NCBI GenBank assembly: GCA_965204745.1
Contig: OZ242010.1
Coordinates: 4,224,001 to 4,288,000, forward strand
DNA length: 64,000 bases
Source of the DNA: Candidatus Latescibacterota bacterium
Lineage (GTDB): Bacteria; Latescibacterota; UBA2968
Direction: 5' to 3'
Shown here in pieces: positions 49,645 to 58,090 of the stretch. A program made the position numbers and the translations under genes. The number at the start of each line of letters is the position of its first letter. Within the stretch, counting starts at the first letter, position 1. The notes under the pieces were generated by a model. The model was not told where the DNA came from. It saw only the letters and a list, made by a program, of their open reading frames with translations, and ran no database searches.

Positions 49645-51264
49645 TTAAAAATACGTATTCAACCGCATCTCCACGCCTTTGAACGGCAGTACCTGATAGC
49701 ACGTTCCAGAGGTGCAAGCCGTGCCGCCGCGGCGTTCGCCTGCGAAGATGATGGCGTCGAAATGCGTGCCAAACCGCGCGTTGAGATTGAGGGAGTAGAA
49801 CGTGCGGTTGCCCGTTTCAATCTCGAAAGTTTCCACGCGATCCACTTCAAACGGGTCTGTCGTGTGATCGATGGCAAGGGCCGCGCCAAAGCCGCGCCTG
49901 TTGTGGTGGAACGAGAGCACGCCGTACGCGTTGGCAAAGCTCGGTTCGTTTTCAAAGTGGACCGCGCGTTGATATTGCATGTCCAAGCCGAGCGTATGTC
50001 CGTTGCCAAGCGTGGTTTCCAAAACCGCGCCGGTCGTGCGGTGCGCGTCAATGTTGTTGAGATCGTCTTTGCCCCAATTAAAAAAGATCGTGGCATTCAG
50101 ATTGTCGAATTTGTACAGATCAAACGCCAAGTGTCTTTCGTTAAAAAAGGTCTGCACAGTCGGCGCCAAATCATTGCGCGCATAGCTGACATTGGCCGTA
50201 AAATTGCCCAACTCGGGCCGCGTGTACGTGGCTTCGATCTGATAGCCTTGCTCGTTGGTCAGCAACAACACATGCGTGGCGCGGTTGAGCAAAAAGACCG
50301 TATGTTCGCGGATGAGCGAAGGCGGGTCATTGAAGCCCAACGCCATGTTGTCGTAACGCTTGTACTCCACGCTCAACCCCAAGTGCGCGCCGCCCACATT
50401 GCCCGATACGTACAGGCCGTGCCCATCAACGCCGCTTTCCCGCCGAGCGTATTCGCCGTAAAAATTGCCGTACAAGCCCGTGTCGCCTAGCAATGGCGAC
50501 AAGTCGAAATCGGCAAACCCGGACCACGCCCAATTATTTTCCACCAGCGAATCCCTAGGCGCGATGTGAATGCCCGTGCTCCCGATTCTGAAATTGGAAA
50601 AGAGCCGTGCGGCAATTTCGCCGCCCGCGACCCAATCGCCGCGCCGGGAAACACCGCGCGGAGGCCTGCCGGTCTTGGCCCCAGGGGGAATGTCGCTCAG
50701 TGCGGGGCGACCGATCAGGGCTTGGGCCTCCAATCTGTCGCCTGTCCAGGCGGCAATCGCGCCTTCGAGGTCTTGCACAGGGGAATAGCGCAAGCGATAA
50801 CTCGCGCTTTCGAGCACCACGCCGGGCAATTCAAATGCGCGCAAAGTAAGCCCGCGCCCGAGAATCGCGTAGTAATTGCCGATCTCCAAACGCGCAGTGC
50901 CGTTATTCCACCTTGCGTATTTCTGCGTGATCTGATACGTCTCCCGGTCCGCGCCCCAGGTGTTATACACTTCTGCCCGCAACCCGGCCTGCAATCCCCT
51001 TTGCGTGAAGTCGATGTTGAACTGGTTGTAAGCCGTGGAGATGGCCGTGGAATCCGACCCCGGCACTTCCCCGCGTTGCACTTCCGTGAGCCCCGAAAGG
51101 GTCATTTGCGCGGAAACGGGCAGTGCAAAAGCCACGAGCAACCACAGATAACCACAGACAACCGCAGGTGAAAACCGAGCCGTGGCATTCCGTGCATGGG
51201 CAGAATCGACGTTCAGCCCCAACGTCTTGTACCTGTCTGAAAATGGCGACCTACTCGGGTTCAT
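49645..51264 (-). CDS. DUF6029-like predicted outer-membrane beta-barrel protein (start uncertain)
   Basis: GNYYAILGRGLTLRAFE and C-terminal GERRGGTACTSGTCYQV...TYF. Confidence 0.65.
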   Translation of the reverse strand: MNPSRSPFSDRYKTLGLNVDSAHARNATARFSPAVVCGYLWLLVAFALPVSAQMTLSGLTEVQRGEVPGSDSTAISTAYNQFNIDFTQRGLQAGLRAEVYNTWGADRETYQITQKYARWNNGTARLEIGNYYAILGRGLTLRAFELPGVVLESASYRLRYSPVQDLEGAIAAWTGDRLEAQALIGRPALSDIPPGAKTGRPPRGVSRRGDWVAGGEIAARLFSNFRIGSTGIHIAPRDSLVENNWAWSGFADFDLSPLLGDTGLYGNFYGEYARRESGVDGHGLYVSGNVGGAHLGLSVEYKRYDNMALGFNDPPSLIREHTVFLLNRATHVLLLTNEQGYQIEATYTRPELGNFTANVSYARNDLAPTVQTFFNERHLAFDLYKFDNLNATIFFNWGKDDLNNIDAHRTTGAVLETTLGNGHTLGLDMQYQRAVHFENEPSFANAYGVLSFHHNRRGFGAALAIDHTTDPFEVDRVETFEIETGNRTFYSLNLNARFGTHFDAIIFAGERRGGTACTSGTCYQVLPFKGVEMRLNTYF

Positions 51265-51745
51265 CTGAGGTTTCCTCTTCGGGTAACAGGACTTTTAATG
51301 AGTCGATGAGCGGTTGCACATCGGACAGTCCGGCCTGCCGCAACACAATTTCTCGATCAGGCGCGATGAGGAGTGTCGTGGGCAAGGCCCGAACTTGCAT
51401 GCGTTTCATCACCGAGCCATCCGCGTCAATGGCAATGGGAAAGGTGATGTTGCGCCCTTTCAGAAACGGGCGAATCCGGTTCTGACCGCGCGGGCCGTCT
51501 TCGTTGACGCCCAAAACCGTGACCCCTCTCTCGGCGTATTCGGCGTGGATTTTCTCCAACTTGGGCATTCCCTTGATGCAGGGCTTGCACCACGTCGCCC
51601 AAAAGTCGAGAATCACAGGGCCTTTTTCCAACAGCGCGGACAATTTCACCCGCTCGCCATTCGGAGCCGGCAAATTAAAATCGGGCACTTCGGTTGCCTG
51701 CGCCGCAGACGCCATGAACAGGTAGAGAACGAGAACTCGCTTCAT
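51251..51745 (-). CDS. TlpA-family thiol-disulfide oxidoreductase
   Basis: signal peptide, LDFWATWCKPC, ALPTT; GGAGG RBS. Confidence 0.9.
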   Translation of the reverse strand: MKRVLVLYLFMASAAQATEVPDFNLPAPNGERVKLSALLEKGPVILDFWATWCKPCIKGMPKLEKIHAEYAERGVTVLGVNEDGPRGQNRIRPFLKGRNITFPIAIDADGSVMKRMQVRALPTTLLIAPDREIVLRQAGLSDVQPLIDSLKVLLPEEETSDEPE

Positions 51746-51862
51746 GATGCACCTCCAAAAAGAACGATGAACAGGTCGGCCCCCAACCATTGGACGCCAT
51801 CCACCTGTTCATAATTAAGACCATTTACCACCCGATGTCAACCACCTGTTGCCACGTAACGT

Positions 51863-51960
51863 ACTCCCCTTGCTGAATCAGAGGGGATCCTAAAAGCCAT
51901 CCTTCAGCGGAGATTGTCCTATCAACAAGGTATCCCCCCGTTGAAACTGGAGGGTCTTAC
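51863..51960. mobile_element. degenerate IS200/IS605-type paired end hairpins (PATE-like)
   Basis: CCCCTTGCTGAATCAGAGGGG and CCCCCCGTTGAAACTGGAGGG. Confidence 0.35.
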
Positions 51961-52093
51961 GGGCTATTTAGATAACCGCGTATCCGCCCTCTTGCTACCA
52001 AACTTCTCGTGCCATATATTGAAGCAATCCGCCCCATCGCTTGGGGTTGAGGGGCCGGGCGGACTGACAACTGACAACTGACAGGAGATTATC

Positions 52094-53143
52094 ATGACTT
52101 CAATCGGCATTATCGGACTGGGATTCATGGGCATGACGCACTACCGAGGCATTCGACAGGTGCAGGGGGGCGGCGTGGCGGCAATCTGCACGCGCGATCC
52201 CAAAAAGCGAGCCGGCGATTGGCGCGGGTTGGGCGGCAATTTTGGCGAACCGGGTGGCATCGAAGACCTGTCGGGCATTCGCAACTATGATAAAATTGAC
52301 GATCTGCTGTCCGACGAGGCCATTGATCTGGTCGATATTTGCCTGCCGACCGCGCAACACTGCGAGGTCGCCATCGCTGCGATGCGGGCGGGCAAGCATG
52401 TGCTAATTGAAAAGCCCATCGCGCTCAGCCTTGAGGACGCGGATCGCATGGTGCAAGTTTCCGAACAGACGGGACGATTGATGATGGTCGCGCAGGTTTT
52501 GCCCTTTTTTTCCGAGTATGCCTATCTCAAGCAGGTGATCGAAGGTGGGGAATACGGCGACGTGCTCGGCGCGCATTTTAAGCGCGTCATTTCGCAACCC
52601 AACTGGTCGTCCGCATTTGCCAACATGGAAAAGAGCGGAGGGCCGGGCGTGGATTTGCACATCCACGATACGCATTACATCATGGTGGTGTTCGGCCGGC
52701 CAGACCGCGTGGTGTCTTCGGGCAGGTTGGTGCGAGACCGGTATGTGGAATATCTTTCGACGAATTATCAATACGATAGCCAGCCAGCGTTGTGCATCAC
52801 CTGCGCTTCGGGTGCGATTTCGCAACCGGGGCGGGCGTTTACGCACGGGTTTGAGGTCTATTTGGAGCGGGCCACCGTGCTCTACGAATTTTCGACCTTG
52901 CGCGGCAAACCCGTTGTGACCATGCCCGTGACCTTGCTGACCGATGATGGCGAGGTGCGCGAACCCAGCTTGGGCGATGGCGATCCCGTCGTTGCATTCA
53001 CCCGCGAAATCCAAGCCGCTGTCCACGCCGTAGAAACCGGCGAAGTCCCCAGCGAACTATCGGGCGAAAACGCCGCAGACGCCCTCCGCCTGTGCTTCGC
53101 AGAAGTCGAATCCGTCAAACGCAGACGCGCAGTGAGCGTTTAG
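52094..53143 (+). CDS. Gfo/Idh/MocA-family oxidoreductase
   Basis: GIIGLGFMG, HVLIEKP, DLHIHD. Confidence 0.92.
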   Translation: MTSIGIIGLGFMGMTHYRGIRQVQGGGVAAICTRDPKKRAGDWRGLGGNFGEPGGIEDLSGIRNYDKIDDLLSDEAIDLVDICLPTAQHCEVAIAAMRAGKHVLIEKPIALSLEDADRMVQVSEQTGRLMMVAQVLPFFSEYAYLKQVIEGGEYGDVLGAHFKRVISQPNWSSAFANMEKSGGPGVDLHIHDTHYIMVVFGRPDRVVSSGRLVRDRYVEYLSTNYQYDSQPALCITCASGAISQPGRAFTHGFEVYLERATVLYEFSTLRGKPVVTMPVTLLTDDGEVREPSLGDGDPVVAFTREIQAAVHAVETGEVPSELSGENAADALRLCFAEVESVKRRRAVSV

Positions 53144-53185
53144 CAACCAGCCCTTCACCGCTCGTAATTGGCGGTTAATTACAGC

Positions 53186-53290
53186 AATAAGCCAGAATAA
53201 GCCAGAATAAGCCAGAATAAGCCAGAATAAGCCAGAATAAGACAAAATAAGACAAAATAAGACAAAATAAGACAAAATAAGACAAAATAG
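53186..53290 (+). repeat. 10-bp tandem array (GCCAGAATAA x5, then GACAAAATAA/G x5)
   Basis: direct reading; flanked by GGCGGTTAATT direct repeats. Confidence 0.95.
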
Positions 53291-53294
53291 GCGG

Positions 53295-54697
53295 TTAATT
53301 GGCCCTCAAGCGTTTCCACTTAGATCCGTATCCGTGGCCTATAGGAGTAGCCAAGCCCAGTATCCTTAGAGTAGCCAAATCCTCGCGTATCTGACGTTTG
53401 CTAGCTGACAATTCAAGCCGTGCGTGTATCTCGCGCAACGCCAATCCTTTGCGAACCTCGTTCAGCAATGCAAGGATGACCTGTTGCCGCTCAGTCAGGT
53501 CGTGGCCTACTCGCTGGGGCGGCACGTAGCGGCTGGGGCGAAATCGCACGGTTACGCAACCGGATACATCCTCTATCTCAGGTTGCGGTAGTCCGGCAGA
53601 TGTCACTAACTCTGCCATCTTAATCGTCCCACTCCCCCATTGCTCAATAATGCCGCGCCGGTAAAACGCATTGGCAATCAGCGGGTTCCAAGGCTGCGAC
53701 TCATGCGCCATAAAAAGTAACGCAGGCGTTAGCCCAAAGTGCAGGGGACCGGTTGAGGTAATTTCCAAGCGGTCGTCGTAGATGCCCACAGACACTGAAC
53801 CGCCGCCGCTGGTGTAATCCCGGTGACACAGGGCGTTGGCCAAGGCTTCTCGCAACGCCAGTGGTGGGTATAGCGGTTCATCTACCCGCACAAAAGAGTC
53901 TGGCACAACGCGCCCGGCAACGGGCAGGTTCTGGATCAAGAAATGCTCTGCATGGGAGAGAAGCGCGAAGGCATTGCCGCGAAATTGGCGATTGTCGAGA
54001 AATTCAGTGCGACCAACGCCGCGAAACCGAGCGACTCGCAGTAAGCACTGCGGCATCTCGGCTTCTAGCCGGGCGTTGTTGCCAAACAGCACGAGCGCGG
54101 CACGCAAAAGCACGCCATCTTTGACGAGACCCAGGCCGCGCAACAATTCGTTGGGTTCTCGACTAATCGGATTAGCCGTTCTCCCGCGGCGGATGATTCA
54201 TCAACCGTGCGCTGGAGTTCAGCCAGGTCCAAGTCATCAACTGACCAGCCGACAGCAGGCTGGTTTTCCCATCGCTGTTCGCCGTGAACGCGTTCCAGAA
54301 ACATCTGGTCTTCGGCGTCTCGGGGCATACGCCAATTCGTGTTCCCAACGCGCCGATAGGCATTGCCTCGGTATCGGTAGGGAATCATATCCCCGCGATT
54401 CACTCTAACCACCAGTACTTCGCGTCCACCTGCAAGGGGAACCCGGTCAATGCTTGGAAAGGCCGGAGGCTCAATCCGCTGGAACTCCGCGCTTACATCC
54501 TCAATCGTGCGCTCACCCACTTGTTGTCCCGTCACCACGCCTTCCGGTGTGACGCCAATGAAAATGATGCCGCCGCGGTTGTTGAGCATGGCGCAAACCG
54601 TCTTGGCCGCCTCGCGTCGTTCGCCAGTGGTCTTTTTCAACTCCAATGTTTCGGACTCGCCGGCTGCAATTAGTCTTGTAATATCATCGAGCATCAT
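53295..54697 (-). pseudogene. Schlafen/AlbA_2 + HATPase-like + HTH protein, frameshifted near 54197
   Basis: GESETLELK...CAMLNNRGGIIFIG; ALREALANALCHRDY, NPLIANAF, IEQWGSG, C-terminal wHTH; adding one A joins the two ORFs. Confidence 0.8.
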
Positions 54698-54716
54698 CGT
54701 CAATTCTCTCCCGATT

Positions 54717-56117
54717 TCACCGCATTTTGACGCTGGGAATCGCTGTGCCTTGGGCGGCGGCGATAGAGAGGCCGGCGGCTTTGGCAAGGGTCGCGGATAT
54801 GCTTTCTAGGCTTTGCCCGTCAAAGGATTGACCGCCGATGATTTGCGGGCTGACGATGAGTGCGCGGGCCGAGGGTTGGTCGAACAGCGCGAATGTCGCG
54901 CCGTTGCCATAACGCGCCATCGCGCTCATGGCATCGTGAAATTTGGAAATGGCGTCCGCAGACACATCGCTGGCTTTGATTTCCACAAACAGAATGTCGG
55001 GAAGTGCCGCATGCATGGCGGTTCGCGTGACCTGATCGATAAACGCGCTGCCGAGTTTGCGGCTTTCTTCATTGTCCATCAGCACGCCCGAGACCAACTT
55101 GCCGAATGCCTCGTCCTTGATGACCTTTTTGAGTTTGAGGGCTTCTGGCGTCAGTTTGGGTTTGACCATGCGGTCGATATACCGCTGTGACTTGCCCTGC
55201 TCGATGGCAGTGCCGAGTTCTTCTTCGATGATGGTTGCAATTTTTTGTAGGCTTGGGGCATTGACCGCAAAGGGGCTGTACTTGTCCCCATAGCCCTTGG
55301 CTTTGCTGGCCGTGGGCGGAATTTTCTTTTCCCCGGACTGGTAAAACGCGAGCGTGCGCGTGTGCGACCTGTCCTCGATGGCTTTGTTGTGGTATTCAAA
55401 CAGCGAAGGCGCGGCGAGGTTCTTGCCCTTGAGCGCGTTGGGCGATGCCGTTTGCACCGTCGCCATCCAATCGCGGGGATTGTCCGGATATGCCACTTGG
55501 TCGAACAACGCGCCCCTGTAAGTCAAATAGGCCGGGATATGCGACTCGGAGTCCGCGCCGGTAATCGCGACGATGACCAACCCCTTGGACAAACTCTGAT
55601 CCGCCAACACAAACGATTGAACCGCGCGCTCGATCAGCGCGTATTGCGCCGGTGTCAAATCCTCGACCGTGAGCGTGATGCGACTGCCCCTGCCGCGTCC
55701 GCCCTGCCCGCGTCGCCCCTGCCCGCCACCTTGGAGTCCCTGAAACTCGCGGATGACCGCGCCAAAAACCGCGTTAAATTCCGGGCGGGACGTATTGGGG
55801 ATTTTGCGAAAAAAGAGTTCGAGTTGTTGCTGCCGTACCGGAAACAGGTCGTCCCACTTTCTCGCCTGATCCAAAATGTACACCCGAATGGGCGCGGGCA
55901 TCTGATTGAGAATCTGCCCATGGGCTTCGAGGAGCTTTTGGGCATCCCACGGGAAATCCGCGTATTGCCCCCGTCTGCCGGCGCGCAAATCCCCACCACC
56001 GCCACCACCGCGTCCACCGCCGCCACGGCCGCCGCGCTGGGCGAAAACATCTGCCATATCCAAGGCGCACAATGTTGCGCCCATCAACACAATTGAAATC
56101 CATCTCGAAACTCGCAT
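54717..56117 (-). CDS. hypothetical secreted protein with RGG/Gly-rich tracts
   Basis: signal peptide followed by QRGGRGGGGRGG; host-like codon use. Confidence 0.65.
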   Translation of the reverse strand: MRVSRWISIVLMGATLCALDMADVFAQRGGRGGGGRGGGGGGDLRAGRRGQYADFPWDAQKLLEAHGQILNQMPAPIRVYILDQARKWDDLFPVRQQQLELFFRKIPNTSRPEFNAVFGAVIREFQGLQGGGQGRRGQGGRGRGSRITLTVEDLTPAQYALIERAVQSFVLADQSLSKGLVIVAITGADSESHIPAYLTYRGALFDQVAYPDNPRDWMATVQTASPNALKGKNLAAPSLFEYHNKAIEDRSHTRTLAFYQSGEKKIPPTASKAKGYGDKYSPFAVNAPSLQKIATIIEEELGTAIEQGKSQRYIDRMVKPKLTPEALKLKKVIKDEAFGKLVSGVLMDNEESRKLGSAFIDQVTRTAMHAALPDILFVEIKASDVSADAISKFHDAMSAMARYGNGATFALFDQPSARALIVSPQIIGGQSFDGQSLESISATLAKAAGLSIAAAQGTAIPSVKMR

Positions 56118-56171
56118 GTTGCCCCCCTCTTCAGTGGTGAGTCCGCGCCCATCAACCGCAGCCCTGCCGGT

Positions 56172-56957
56172 TCAAAGATTTTGATCGAGCCAGTCCAACA
56201 CATCTGCCCACGCGCTGCCCTGTGCGAGCAAATCGAGGCCGTGCCCCGTGCCCTGATAGCCGATCACAGCGGTGACGCCTTGGGTCAAGCCCGACATGGT
56301 TTGGGACGAGGTATAGGCATAGCCATCGCCAAAAGCCGCCAAAAAGAGAATGTTGCGCGGCGCGAACCCGGGTATGTTCGTCCCGATGAGCACTTCGCGC
56401 GCCTGATTCTCGCGGAAGGAGGGCGACACCGAGACCGTCGCTTTGATATCCGACACCAAGCCCGCGCTCACAAACGCGATGTCCGCGCCGATGTCCGTGC
56501 CCACGACGCCGATGCGGTTGGGGTCTGCCTCCGGGCGGGTTTTGAGAAATGCAACCGCAGCCTCGACATCTAACGGCATCTGGTTGAAGTCCTCGACGGA
56601 AAAGTTTTCGATAGTGAACGCTTGGCCGTTGCGAAAGATGCTGTTGCCATGCCCGCGCAGGTCAAACGCAAGGGCCACGTAGCCCCGCTCCACGACGAGT
56701 TCCGGCACAAAGCCCGCCCATTGACCGTGATTTTCATTAAACGGGTGGATCAAGATCACCGCAGGGCGCGGCCCGGTCAGGTGCGAAGCGGAAAACAGCG
56801 TGCCAAACAACGAGAATCCATCCGCGGTTTGAAACTGCACGGGTTGCAACCGCACAGAACGCACCACGGCGTCAGGCGACATTGTGGGCATCGTCATCTC
56901 CGTACCGCCACATCCCCCCAAAACTGCAACGAGCACAATCCATAACCCGAGGCGCAT
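56172..56957 (-). CDS. alpha/beta-hydrolase-fold lipoprotein
   Basis: LGGC lipobox, VILIH, FDLRGHG, GVVGTDIG, GHG. Confidence 0.8.
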   Translation of the reverse strand: MRLGLWIVLVAVLGGCGGTEMTMPTMSPDAVVRSVRLQPVQFQTADGFSLFGTLFSASHLTGPRPAVILIHPFNENHGQWAGFVPELVVERGYVALAFDLRGHGNSIFRNGQAFTIENFSVEDFNQMPLDVEAAVAFLKTRPEADPNRIGVVGTDIGADIAFVSAGLVSDIKATVSVSPSFRENQAREVLIGTNIPGFAPRNILFLAAFGDGYAYTSSQTMSGLTQGVTAVIGYQGTGHGLDLLAQGSAWADVLDWLDQNL

Positions 56958-57068
56958 GACCAATGTCCTTTTGCTTTCGACTGCGTTTGTGTGTATGTTT
57001 CCCTCGATATATGGCAACATAATGCAATCTAACCGAAATAGCAAGCGGGGACGCCTGCGGAGGAGATT

Positions 57069-57245
57069 ATGCCGGAACTCACGCGCTACGATTTGATTTT
57101 GATGGTCATTACGGGCGGCATTTTTGTGGTGGGTCTGTGGTCCACCATCTTCGCCTTTCTCTATGGATTCTTGAAGCGGTTGGACAAGATCATCTCGCTC
57201 TTGGAACGAGAGGCGAGAGAAGCGACCACAGATGAACGCGAATGA
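57069..57245 (+). CDS. 58-aa single-TM protein absent from the ORF track
   Basis: AGGAG at 57061-57065; MPELTRYDLILMVITGGIFVVGLWSTIFAFLYGFLKRLDKIISLLE... Confidence 0.6.
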   Translation: MPELTRYDLILMVITGGIFVVGLWSTIFAFLYGFLKRLDKIISLLEREAREATTDERE

Positions 57246-57325
57246 CCGGACGGTTTAATCCGCGGAAAAAAAACCTTGCCATCGCGGGTCGGGCGAGCAC
57301 GGGAGGGGGCACTCACTTCTCGCAG

Positions 57326-58090
57326 TTACAGCAGGCGTTCGCGGTCGAGCATGCGGCGGAGGGCGAGGAAGATGCACAAGGCCCCCAACGCGACAATGCC
57401 CACGCGATTGAGGATGACGCGGTTCGTCCACAGGTTGGGATCGAGATTGGAGGGGGGTTCAAAGGGTTTGAGAAAGAGGTCGTAGGCCGAGTTGGTCAAC
57501 GTATTGCCACCTATTTCTACTTCCGATTCCGGCGAGGTCAAAAGCAAAATCGCGATCAAAATGCCCACGGCGATCATGCCCGCTGCATTGCTGCTGCGGC
57601 ACAGGACCGAAAAGAGGAATGTGAGGCCCACCATGAAAAACGCGGGGAACCAGGCATTGAGCCCGCCCCAAATGAAGGGGAACTCGGCAAAGAAAAAATA
57701 GGCGATGGCACTCATCGCCATCAGGGTGGCGAACAACACGGCGCAGATCGTCACGATCCGCACGGACCAGGTGGCGTAGTGGCTGATCGCGGTGCTGAAC
57801 AGAATTTCGAGGGTGTTCTTATCGCGCTCGCCCGCGACCATGTCCATCGTCAAATAGATCGCGAGCACCGTGCCCGGCACTTCGACCAAGACATTGAGGG
57901 CTTGCTCCACGGAAAATCCCTCGCCCGGGTACCAGAGCGCGAACGCGTACAAAATCGCGTAGTAGCTCAAAACGCCACCGCACATAAAAATCACTTTGCG
58001 GTGAAGCGCGATTTGCATGCTCAAGGCGTGCAATTTGCCGACCGAGAAAAGCAACTCACGCCAGGTCAGGTTGTTTGTGTCGGTTGCCAT
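57326..58090 (-). CDS. ABC-2-type permease
   Basis: about 6 TM; MVAGERDKNTLEILFS motif; overlaps the end of the RND-ABC fusion gene. Confidence 0.75.
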   Translation of the reverse strand: MATDTNNLTWRELLFSVGKLHALSMQIALHRKVIFMCGGVLSYYAILYAFALWYPGEGFSVEQALNVLVEVPGTVLAIYLTMDMVAGERDKNTLEILFSTAISHYATWSVRIVTICAVLFATLMAMSAIAYFFFAEFPFIWGGLNAWFPAFFMVGLTFLFSVLCRSSNAAGMIAVGILIAILLLTSPESEVEIGGNTLTNSAYDLFLKPFEPPSNLDPNLWTNRVILNRVGIVALGALCIFLALRRMLDRERLL

